From Eledone cirrhosa (Eukaryota): 64,000 nt of DNA. Under the pieces are notes generated by a model. It had not been told where the DNA came from. It ran no database searches and saw only the letters and a list, made by a program, of their open reading frames with translations. The stretch is from positions 362,948,001 through 363,012,000 of the forward strand of contig OZ024743.1 in NCBI GenBank assembly GCA_964016885.1, in the 5' to 3' direction. Within the stretch, counting starts at the first letter, position 1. Each line of letters opens with the position of its first letter. Both the position numbers and the translations under genes were made by a program. Shown piece by piece: positions 15,309 to 26,499 of the stretch.

Positions 15309-16660
15309 CAATACACATATACGCACACATACACAAGTCCGCATACACACATATATATATATATATATACACACACACACGCGTGTGTGTGCGTGTGTAT
15401 AGTGCTCATTCATGTATATTTTCCATTATTCCTACAACCACCGGTAACGCATCACATTTTAACCTGCAATATAAAATTGCTATTTAACTGTGAACAACTT
15501 CTTTACTTTTGAACAGAATTTCTGTTTTCAAAAGTCATAGACACACTTTACTAATTAAGTCCCTCATGCATAACTACTAATAACAGGTGTTTTTGTTAGG
15601 TATCTTAATTACACAGTAGTGCTCCAGTAACTTGTACGTACATATCAATGATATATTATACTCAACGACAACTCAATATCCATGCATTCGCGACAATTAC
15701 AATGAATTTACAATGAAGAAAACGTTAAACTTCAGTTAATTCTGTAAGAGGAAATAACTGTAAAAGGAACAGTAGCTAGAACATTCGATACTTTTTTTTT
15801 TCTCAACTCACTTTCGAAGTCGATAAAGAATGTACCAAGTTAAAGCTGTCGCAGCCCTTTCTTTTTCCAGGTGCAACATCTTGGATGTTGCACCTGGATC
15901 AAAAAGAGAAGACCGAGATGGCATGTGCCTTTGTGACTGCATAAGTACATAAAACCCATAACGAAAGCAGAGCACATGCAACCATGTTATACTCGATTAG
16001 GAGTAACGACCAGAGAGTAGTAGTTTGCGTTTTGTTAAGGGGGAAATGGCATGAACTGATCGTTATAATACACACTGCAGTATATTACTGGTATTTTGAA
16101 AGAGAGCGCGCGATAGATGAACATCAAGATTTGACAAGAGCGTGATTTGAACTGCAGACAACGAGGCTGATAGCGACAGACTGTGCAGAATAACTGTGAG
16201 GAAAAGTGAGATTATATGTATGACGGTGGCTGCGTAAAAAATGTATTAAAATTGTATTAAAATGTATCTAAGCATTGATGAACACACCCACGAAGACACA
16301 CAAACACAGACACAGACACAGATACACACAAATACACACACTAACACAGACACAGACACACACAGACACACACACACACATTTTAATATTCCAATCTATA
16401 TACAACTATTTAAAGAAGTCTGATATCACCATATAACGTTGTAACGTTTTAAGTACTATGGTATTTAAAAAAATTACATACATACATACATGCATGCATA
16501 CATACCTACATATTTACTTATAGGCATATATATACATATATACATATATATACATATATATACATATATACATATATATACATATATATACATATATACA
16601 TATATATACATATATTCTACTTGCATAAACACACGCACACACATATACACACTTACACTT

Positions 16661-16726
<66 letters not shown>

Positions 16727-16767
16727 CTTTGATAGGTTTCAGCCAGTATTAGCTCAAACATATATAT

Positions 16768-17060
16768 GAAGGCGCGTTGAGCTCAAAATTGTAAGGTTGT
16801 GAGTTCGAATCCTGCACCGGGCAGTTCTTGAGCTATACAGTTTATTTCACGTTGCTCCAGTTTACTCAGCTGTAGAAATGAGTTGCAATGTCACTGGTGC
16901 CAAGCTGTATCGGCCATTGCGTTTCCCTTGGACAACATCGGTGGTGTGGGGAGGGGTGACTGGAATGCATGGGCGACAGCTGGTCTTCTACAAACACACC
17001 TTGCCCAGACATGTGCCTTGGGGGTGGGGACTTTCTAGGTGCAAAACCCAAAGGGGGTTA
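16768..17060 (+). mobile_element. Probable tRNA-derived SINE, second family
   Basis: gaaggcgcg head and box B gagttcgaatcc, followed by a non-family-A body. Flanked by simple repeats. Confidence 0.6.
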
Positions 17061-17091
17061 AGCACATAATATATAAATCTCTCTCTCTCTC

Positions 17092-17140
<49 letters not shown>

Positions 17141-17291
17141 AATAACGAAACGAAATTATACATCAGGATGATTTCTAAAGAATGAAACAGTTCTAGTCCT
17201 GTAGAATCTCATCTATATTAAAACTTTTATACTCTGCAATGTATTGAGTACCTTACTTACTGTGGTTACCTCCGATTCAACCCGGAATAAC

Positions 17292-17339
<48 letters not shown>

Positions 17340-17646
17340 GTAGGTAGGTATATATGTATATGTGTGTATGTATATGTGTATGTGTGTCGTTGTGTGTGCT
17401 GTGTGTGTGTGTGGTGGGGGTGGGGGTATGTAGCAACGAATGTCAGCTTCAATAGATTACATTTTGACATTTTACTTTGAATATTCCATTTTCTCCTTTG
17501 TGTTTACACACCAGTGTTTACATATGCGCGTGCGCACACATTCAGCCCCCCCCCCCTTACTCCCCCCACCCCCCTAGCGCGTGCTCACGTGTTGAGGTGG
17601 TGTAATAAAATTCTAGTATAACTGAAAACAACGATGGTGGTACTGC

Positions 17647-17647
<1 letters not shown>

Positions 17648-17678
<31 letters not shown>

Positions 17679-17819
17679 GATACTGGTAACTAACAATATG
17701 AGCTAACAATAAATAATATTTATTATAAGCAATATCATTGTTATTATTATTATTATTAGTAGTAGTAGTAAAAGAAAAAGAATTAGTAGTAGTAGTAGTA
17801 GTAATAGTAGCAGTAGTAA

Positions 17820-17851
<32 letters not shown>

Positions 17852-18130
17852 ATGGTGGTGGAGGTGGTGGTGGTGGTGGTAGTTGTAGTACTAGTAGTAG
17901 CTGTGGCAATGGTGGTTAAACAGCTGTTTTTTTTTTTTAAATATATCTATACCTATTTATCTATATCTATATATATATATATCTATATATATATATATAT
18001 CTATATATATATATCTATATATCTATATATATATATATATATATGCATACACATATGTGTGTGTAGGGGGGGGGGGGTATGTGTGTGTGTGTGTGTGAGT
18101 GTGTGTATGTAAATATATATATATGTGTAT
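17648..18130. repeat. (CAT)n,(TAG)n,(TGG)n,(TA)n,(TG)n microsatellite cluster in intron 1
   Basis: Read directly. Confidence 0.93.
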
Positions 18131-18235
18131 AATAAATATATATATATAGTTTTTTTTTTGTTTTTGTTTTAAAAAAAAAAGGTTCGTTTTCGAGAGGTTT
18201 ATAGAGGTAAACGGAATAAATAGCCAGGTACATAC

Positions 18236-18305
18236 CTTGTTTCGATGCCGACACAGTTCCCAATACGAGAACGAGAACGGACAAAATAGAAATAGAACGC
18301 ATCAT
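18236..18305 (-). CDS. First coding exon: signal peptide MMRSISILSVLVLVLGTVSASKQ
   Basis: Start context accaaaATGATG, basic n-region, hydrophobic core, VSA cleavage site. Donor CAAG|GTatgt is phase 1, compatible with the VWC exon. Confidence 0.8.
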
Positions 18306-18489
18306 TTTGGTATTGTAGTAGAATCTCCCTAGATCCAGTTTTGTAATAGCAATATACAACTGATGCTTCGACAAAAGCACCGGGTCCTAGCTAACTAGGA
18401 GCAACCGTGCTGCAATAAAAACAAAATTGCAACACAGGATATTCCTAGAATCTACGATAATGCCGTCTATAGCCTGACATGGGCTAGCG

Positions 18490-18690
18490 ACCAAGTGAAT
18501 AATTCTAAGTTCGAGTTTTAATATAGCTCCAACATGTGATTATCCAATAGCAACGAAGCGGTCTGTTCTCTGGCCAATCAGCAATAAACACTTTCAGTAG
18601 GCCTAACCTAAATGGGCGGAGTTAAAAATGGGTGCGTCACCAAAATTTGATTTTGCTACAAATTTTGCATGAAGCCACGCCAATGTGGGT
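18490..18690 (-). promoter_or_regulatory. Putative Pol II promoter of the VWC/collagen-like gene
   Basis: Sense-strand TATATTAAAA (18525-18516) lies 29 nt upstream of an Inr-like TCACTT (A at 18496). Inverted CCAAT at 18544-48, 18574-78 and 18680-84. GC box GGGCGGAGT at 18614-22. Locally repeat-free. Confidence 0.65.
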
Positions 18691-19804
18691 TTTTCTGCGA
18701 TTCAACCCTTTCTATCAAGCTGACTGGGCCGAAATTAAATGCTGTTCTTATCTAATTGACAACAGTATTTGCTTGCTTGTGTGCCAACCTTGAAATAAAA
18801 AAAAGCATTTAAAAGTTTAAATAAATCAAACAAACAAATATAGATATATTATACATCATGTATACGTGTGTATGTCTATGTATGTGTCGGGTCTGAAGAA
18901 GTATATTTAGAACGGCGCGAAATTATAATTTGTTTCTAGGAATTATATTTTAATAAAGTATTGTGATTTCATTTATGTATTTATTTTTCATTTTCCCCCA
19001 CACACATATAATTGTATTTCAAATAGAATTTTGCTCTCAGCATTCGTCGTTATTGCTGTTGTTGTTTTTGTCTTTTGCTTTTCTTCCTAGATTTGCAACT
19101 TATGTATTAATCTACAGGTCGTTATCGTTGTTGTTGTCGTTGTTGTTGTTGATGTCGTTGTTTTAGTTGTTGCTGTCGTCATTGTTGTAGTTGTTGTTGT
19201 CGTCATTGTTGTAGTTGTTGTTGTCGTATTATTTGTTGCTGTCGTCGTTGTTGTAATTGTTTTAGCATTCTTATTTTGTTTTAATTGTTATCATTTGTTT
19301 TAAAACGCAACTGTTGTTTCCCCCCTCTCTCCTTTACTTCTCTCACTTGTTCTCTTTATTGCTCTACCACCACCATCATCATCATTATCATCATCACTAC
19401 CTCCATCATCACCATCAACATCACCAACACCACCAATACTATAACCACAATCCTCATCAACCCCATCGCCACAGACATTATAACAACTATCACCATAACC
19501 AACATTTCTACCACCAACATCATTTGTTTTACACATGTTAGAAATGGCAAACAAATCTTTAAATCTAACTTCACCAACTTAAAACTAAAGTAAGAATTCG
19601 TTAGGTAATGTAATCTTGGATATAAGATACCAAGACAAAAATGAATTGATGGGCAAGGTTGGGACCTTCTTTATCATACGTTTTCTGAATCAGAGTCGAC
19701 CAAATCTATACAAAAACCAATATTCATATACGTAAAAATTATTTAAAAATATCTATTCCTATTTAGATACAAGTTCGATCTTTTTATATTACTAGCATAT
19801 TTAG

Positions 19805-20022
19805 AGGGCGGTGGATTGGCAGTATCGGTAGAGGGTCGGATGCCATGCTTTCCAGCATAGAGTTACGACCCTTTATGATCTGAGTTCAAATCCCGCCAAG
19901 CTTAACTTTGCTTTTCATCCTTACGGGGTCGATAAAATAAAGTACCAGTCACGCACTGGGGTCGATTTAATCGACTTTCCCTTCCTCCACAATTGCTGGT
20001 CTTGTGCCTATATAAGAAACCA
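19805..20022 (+). mobile_element. SINE family A (long-hairpin subtype)
   Basis: Full head, core and ggggtcgatttaatcgactttcc hairpin. Imperfect atattactag TSD. Confidence 0.92.
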
Positions 20023-20175
20023 TATTACTAGTATCTTTCATTGGCACAAGTGTTATGGAATGTCAATTTGAAAATAGCACAATCGATGCTCTTAAGTTCT
20101 GAATCAAAATTTAACAGATGTCGAGAGCTTTTTTCTCTTCCCAGAGTCGATAATCAATAATACTCTTCTCATAAT

Positions 20176-20525
20176 TTGGAACTTTATAATATTGTCAAAC
20201 TGCGTAGCTCAGAGATCAGAGAGTCACTCCAGGCAGATCCGCTACTTCTGCGAATTGAGAGATCACACTTCCAATACTATGGGTATGTGGTTAGAATGTC
20301 ACAGGAAAGAATTGTTGGCCAGATTTTGCGGGTAAAACCAACCGGCAAGAGACCCAAGGGTAGACCCCGAGTAAGATGGATAACATCCATGAGCTTGGCT
20401 AGTCACGCTTGGGATCCAACCGGATCAGTTGGAGACGGTTGCTTCTAACAGGATCAGCTGGATGGAGTGTTTGAGGACTCTGGCCCCTCGACTCTCTCAG
20501 GAATAAGTGGGCGAAGAAGAAGAAA
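20176..20525 (+). mobile_element. 3' fragment of an RTE-type LINE
   Basis: IERSHFQYYGYVVRM...GKRPKGRPRVRW is the typical RTE ORF C-terminus. Ends in a (GAA)n tail. Confidence 0.8.
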
Positions 20526-20549
20526 ATATTGTCAAATCCTTATTTTGAC

Positions 20550-20750
20550 GGCTCGCTGCCAAAATTACGAGGTCTCATATTCGATCCTACCATGTGACAT
20601 CTTGGGAAAGTTATTTTTACCATAGCCATGGGGTGACCCAGACTTTGTGAATGAAGCTGTGTAGACGGAGACTGTGCAGAAGACCGTCAGATGATTGTAC
20701 TTGTAATTCTAAGGGCCAGCCATGTCACGCAATATGCGGCTCTGAGTTGC
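20550..20750 (+). mobile_element. Old interspersed repeat (probable SINE), related to the 50560-50835 copy
   Basis: Shares tgtaattctaagg...tgtcac and a similar upstream layout with the 50.6 kb copy. Confidence 0.5.
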
Positions 20751-20979
20751 TATTAACCTTCAGTTATTGTGCGTTATTGTTATTAACATGGAAAGGACAG
20801 AGGATTTGTTGAATAGTTTGAGCATTGGATAAAATACCTAGTGGTATTCAAAACCGTCTATGGACTATTTTACATTTCAACATATTGAGCTCGATAAATA
20901 AAGTACTAGTCAAGTAACTGGGATCGATATTATCATCTATACACCTCCTCTAAATTTCAGGCCTAGTATCTATGATAAT

Positions 20980-21188
20980 TGCTTCTGATTTAGGCACAAG
21001 GCGAACAGTTTTTTGTGGGAGGGAATGTCGATTAAATCGACCCCAGACTGGTACTTTATTTTATCGACCCCGTAAGGATGAAAAGCAGGCTAACCTGGGC
21101 GGGATTTGAACTCAGAACGTAAAGGGCCGTAACTATATGCCGCAAAGCATGGTGTCCGACGCTCTACCGATTCTGCTAATCCACCACC
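20980..21188 (-). mobile_element. SINE family A
   Basis: Reverse-complement core. Imperfect TSD tagt.tctatgataat on both sides. Confidence 0.88.
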
Positions 21189-21537
21189 TTAGTTTCTATG
21201 ATAATAACTGGTGCGAATAATCAGGCTGGAAATAAAAATGAGTGCAATTCCAAAAAGGAAATATTTCGGTATACAATTTGTATGAAAGTAAGGGTAGAGC
21301 AGGAAATAACCATGTCGCAAACAGAACGATGTTGATACCAAGAAATAAACGGTAAATGTAAAGTATATTTCATAGTTTTATGTGTGATATTTTAGTGTCC
21401 TTTCTAATAGCTAAACTAACACTTCCACGGTGTAATTTGCTTTAGTTTCAGCAGATCAAGTCACTTACCAGATTTCTTTTAGTTAAAGAGAGAGAGAGAG
21501 GGGGGGGGGATATTGCGGAAGCTCGACTCCATTATTG

Positions 21538-21680
21538 AACTGGTATTTTATTTATCGACCTCTAAATGGTGAAAGGCAAAGTTGACTTCGGCGGGATTTG
21601 AACAGAGGTCGCAGGGAGCCGGAACAAATATCGCTATGGACTTTATCTGACATTCTAATGACGGCCACTTGACCGCCTTG
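21538..21680 (-). mobile_element. SINE family A-related, older diverged copy
   Basis: ctggtattttatttatcgacc...gaaaggcaaagttgacttcggcgggatttgaac. Confidence 0.75.
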
Positions 21681-22059
21681 CTAGACAAGTAGAACTCCCA
21701 AATTTCGAAAGGTTCAGCCATAAGGCTACAAAATCCCCAAAAGGAAGCTGTTACCAAACGCAGTTAGCACCTACAGACCTTCCAACCTCTAAAATCCAAA
21801 CGGGGAGCAACATAAAAAAAAATCCCCCAAAACGGGGAGCTTTTACATAATAAAAGCCATACACATTTTCACAAGAGAAGACATCTCTCACCCACCCCAG
21901 ATTGCGTGGGAGATCTCCTCGTCGGACGGGGAGGGTTGAGAGGTCTGCAAATATGCAAGAAAACAGAAAAAGTAGCGAGTACTGTAAAAGAGTTAGCACT
22001 GCTAAAATTAGGTTAGTTTTAATGAATTCAATGTGTAGAGATAATAGGAATACTGATAG

Positions 22060-22251
22060 AGGGACGGATTGGCAGTATCGGTAGAGGTTCGGACGCCATG
22101 CTTTGACGCATAGAGTTACGGCCCTTGCCATTCTGAGTTCAAATCCCGCCGAGGTTAACTTTGCCTTTCATCCTTACGGGGTCGATAAAATAAAGTACCA
22201 GTAATGTACTGGGTAATTTTCTGGCCTTGTGCCAATAGTAGAAACAATTAT
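22060..22251 (+). mobile_element. SINE family A
   Basis: Near-identical to the 8563 copy. Confidence 0.93.
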
Positions 22252-22461
22252 AAATAGATTATGAAATACAAATTCAATATTGTATTGCTTCTCAATTCGA
22301 AGAAATTATAATTTATTTATAGATTTTTTTATTACATTATACTTTTCAGACTACATTATTACATTATATTTTTCAGATTATTTTATTTTAAAAATTTAAT
22401 TAAAAATAAACATATATTAATGTTTCGGTTATCAAAGCAAAGTTTCTAAAACGCTCTATGT

Positions 22462-22636
<175 letters not shown>

Positions 22637-23690
22637 AATGCAATCAAATGTGTTTTGTTTTAAATAGAAATATTATTTATTTAAATAGAATTAAAGAAAA
22701 AGAAGGAAATAAACCAAAAAATATATATCCAAAGACATATTTATATACTTCAAATTAGACATTTTCATTTATATAACTTTAAATGTTCTTATGGTCGCCA
22801 TTCCAAACCCCACCCACGCTGTCTTTACGGAGATGACAAAAAGAGGAAGAAGAAAAAAGAAAGAATGTTATAACAGAACGGAAATTCTGAGAAACATTAA
22901 CACTAAGTAGCATACATAAGCATATAGCAAAGCACATGGGAGTGGGTAAATTAAAAGGAACAGCCATAACTCGCTTAGTCAGTACTGGTGAATAAAGATT
23001 TTCTTATTTTATTTTATTCATTTATTTATTATTGTTATTTTATTTTATATATTTATTTATTTATTTGGTGTTCTGGATTTCCTAGTGCAGATTTTAATGG
23101 CGGCTCCCCAGGTTGGAGATTAAGATACACATCTGGTTCAGATTTTAGCAACAAAAGCAACATCAGCAACAGTAACAAGATTAACAAGATCAACAACAAC
23201 AATAAGTAAGAGAAAGAGAAATATCCCACGGGACAGGGGCGGGTCTTATTCTAGATTGTCATACTTTTGCTTTTGGTTCTAACGCCATCGCCACCACCAT
23301 CTTGGTTACTTACAACCGTCCTTCTAGGCTACGCATATCAGTTGACAGTCTGAGGGTTGCGAAGGGGGGGGGGGAATGAAGTGGAGGAGTAAAGTTGAGG
23401 AAGAGTCGTGGGTGGGGTGGACTGGAATGGAATGATGTGGTGGTGGTGGAGGTGGTGTTGTAGAATGGTATGGAGTAGACAGAATTGGGGAGGGGGGGGC
23501 GCATTTGAGAAGCTGGTGGTGGTCGTATTAGTGATGTTGTTATTGTTGTTGTTGTTGTATTCGTCGATGCTATTGGCGGTAGTGTGGTGGTGTTGATGAT
23601 GGTGGTGAAGAGGTGGGGTTTGGGGTGTTGGTTATGAAATGGAGAAGGGTGGATGAAGTTTGATATATACATACATGAATATATACATGC

Positions 23691-23734
<44 letters not shown>

Positions 23735-24415
23735 AAGAGAGAGAAAGAGTATGTGTATGTATGTATGTATTCTCAATATGCATGCGTGCAACTTTTTGCT
23801 TGCTGTTTGTCCAATATAAGTGAATGCGTGCGATTGCGTATGCGTGTATATGAGTATGTGTGTATATGAATTGCGTATGAATGCTTGCATACGTTTGCTT
23901 ATTTATGCAAATTTTAAAAAGTGTATGTGCGTGCATTCTTGTATTCTTACAGAATGGCCGCCTTTTTGCAGCGGCCATTCTGGAGCACAAAGAAGGAAAG
24001 GAAAAAAAAAAAAGAAAGAAAAAAGCAAAAGAAAGGAGGAAAAAAAGAGAAACAAAAAGAAGAAAAATGAAATGAATGACTGAAGACAAATGTATGGAGA
24101 ATGAGTGGAGGGGACAGAAAATACAATGGAAATGAAAGGAAAATAGAGAAACGAGAAGAGATTATGGTGGCGGTGGTGGTGGTGGTGGTGGTGGTGGTGG
24201 TAGCGGGGAAACTGACAGACAGACAGAGACAGACAAGACAGACAGAAATAGGACAAAACTAAAATAAGAGAGAAAGCAAATTACATATACGCCGTTAAGA
24301 TGTATAGAGAGAGCGGGAAAGAGAATGAGACAGAAAGAAAGATAGCTGACATTATATAAAATATCTTTAAAAAATATCTTCAGGCATTGCACAATAGAAT
24401 GAATTAATAATTATT

Positions 24416-24603
24416 GGTGGATTGGCAGTATCAGTGGAGGGTCGGACGCCATGCTTTCCAGCATAGTTACGTCCCTTTACGATCTGAGTTCAAATCCCGC
24501 CGAGGTTGACTTTGCCTTTCATCCTTACGGGGTCGATAAAATAAAGTACCAGTAATGCACTGGTGAATTTGCTGGCCTTGTGCCTAAAGTAGAAACAATT
24601 ATT
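24416..24603 (+). mobile_element. SINE family A
   Basis: Near-identical to the 13390 and 34388 copies. Confidence 0.93.
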
Positions 24604-24655
24604 AATAATGGTATATCGTGCAATGGCCATACTCGATAACGAGGGGACAGCCATC

Positions 24656-24851
24656 ATGTATGCATGCATGTATGTATGTATGTATGTATGTATGTATGTA
24701 TGTATGTATTTATGTATGTATGTATGTATGTATGTATGTATGCACGTATGTATGTATATATGTATGCATGTATGTATGCATGTATGTATGTACGTATATA
24801 TGCATGTATGTATGTACGCAAGTATGTATGCATGCATGTATGTATGTATGC

Positions 24852-24934
<83 letters not shown>

Positions 24935-24985
24935 TAGAAAGAAAGAGAAGGAAAGAGAAAGAGAAAGAGAGAGGGAGAGAGAAAA
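24656..24985. repeat. (TATG)n,(TA)n,(GA)n microsatellites
   Basis: Read directly. Confidence 0.95.
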
Positions 24986-25101
24986 CGGGGAAGTTGTTGA
25001 AAAATGGGAGTAGAAGGAAAAAGTGTGTATAAGATGTCTGGTATGATAAAGGGGACGAAGTGGCTGAATTGCTAGAGCGTAGGACCAAATTTCTTACATT
25101 A

Positions 25102-25350
25102 TGGCAGTATCGGTAGAGCGTCAGACAACATGCTTTGCGACATAGAGTTATGGCCCTTTACGTTCTGAGTTCAAATCTCGCCGAGGTTAACTTTGCCTTT
25201 CATCCTTACGGGGTCGATAAAATAAAGTACCAGTAATGCACTGGTGTAATTTCTGGCCTTGTGCCAAAAGTAGAATCTTATTTGTTCTGACCTTCTATGT
25301 TCTGAGTTCAAATTCGGCCGATGTCAACTTTACCTTTCATCCTTTTGGGG
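25102..25350 (+). mobile_element. SINE family A copy plus adjacent older fragment
   Basis: Core motifs at 25168-25275 and again at 25302-25350. Confidence 0.85.
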
Positions 25351-25508
25351 TCGATAATATAAAATACCAATCTATGGCGCTAGATTGACACAATTGTTAG
25401 AACATCGGGTAAGATGCATTGTGGCATTTGATTTGCATCTTGATGTTCTTAGTTCAAATTTTGCAGCGGCATATTTGGGTGGTAGACATAATGAGTGACT
25501 CGGTTTAA

Positions 25509-26085
25509 CCCTTTAGCATTTAAACCGGCCGTATCCGGCCAGAATTCTCTCACCTCTTTCTGTTCAAACTGGCTATAACCAACTGCTCATACTTATATTA
25601 AGGTTTTTGTTCTCAAAATATATAATTGTTTCTACTTTTGGCACAAGGCCAGCAATTACCCAGTGCATTACTGGTACTTCATTTTATCGACCCCTAAGGA
25701 TGAAAGGCAAAGTTAACCTCGGCGGGATTTGAACTTAGAATGGCAAGGGCCGTAACTCTATGCGTCAAAGCATTGCGTCCGACCCTCTACCGATACTGCC
25801 AATCCACCGCCCTTCAATACAATAAATAATTGTTTCTACTTTAGGCACAAGGCCAGCAATTATCCAGTGCATTACTGGTACTTTATTTTATCGACCCCGT
25901 AAGGATGAAAGGCAAAGTCAACCTCGGCGGGATTTGAACTCAGATCGTAAAGGGACATAACATATTCTCAAAATATATAATATGAAAATCTCATAGATTC
26001 GATATCATGTGAGATAATTATTTGAAATAAAGTGTTTCCCGTGAAAATACACTAGTAAATATAGAGTAATGTAAATGCTAAAGGG
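25509..26085. mobile_element. piggyBac-type non-autonomous element (MITE) carrying a nested SINE pair
   Basis: TTAA|ccctttagcattta ... taaatgctaaaggg|TTAA: 14-bp perfect TIR starting CCC, with TTAA target duplication. Confidence 0.85.
25627..25964 (-). mobile_element. Two tandem SINE family A copies (full 25627-25812; 5'-truncated 25826-25960)
   Basis: A single 17-bp TSD ttctcaaaatatataat (25610-25626 / 25965-25981) brackets both. Confidence 0.9.
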
Positions 26086-26499
26086 TTAATATTGCTACTT
26101 GATCCTTGAGTGGCTTTAGCGATCACCTCTGCCCGTGTGTTCCAAATATTTCTGTCAGGATTTCGGCTGGGAAATATTTTGCTCTCTGCCAGTCTGAAAG
26201 TCCCTGAAAAGTGTCGTGGGTAGTGATTTTACCTCCCCCACTAAACAGTAAACAAAGAAAGTCCGAGAGAATAGATAATAGGAAAGGAAAAGTAAGAAAG
26301 AGGGGAAAGATGGTTAGAAAGAATGAAAGTGGTAGAAAAATGGAGAGAATTAGGAACATAAAACAAAGAGAAATAAAAGGAAGAGAGAGAGAGAGGGAGA
26401 GAATTGGTAGGGAAAACGAGAAGAGACGGAGGGAGGAAACGTGGGAGAGTGAAGAGGGGACTGAGAGTAGATAAAGTTAGGTAGAAAAAGAGTGAGTTG

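Noticed and set aside
15405-15475. Acceptor-like ttttatattgcag on the minus strand as an extra exon
   Set aside because: The phase-1 reading hits TAA immediately, and there is no good donor.
18893-18935. CTGAAGA...GAAA hammerhead candidate
   Set aside because: The intervening sequence cannot form stem II, and there is no stem I.
23080-23210. Plus-strand exon candidate (tgcag...gtaaga)
   Set aside because: Weak pyrimidine tract, low-complexity Asn-rich translation and no partner exons.
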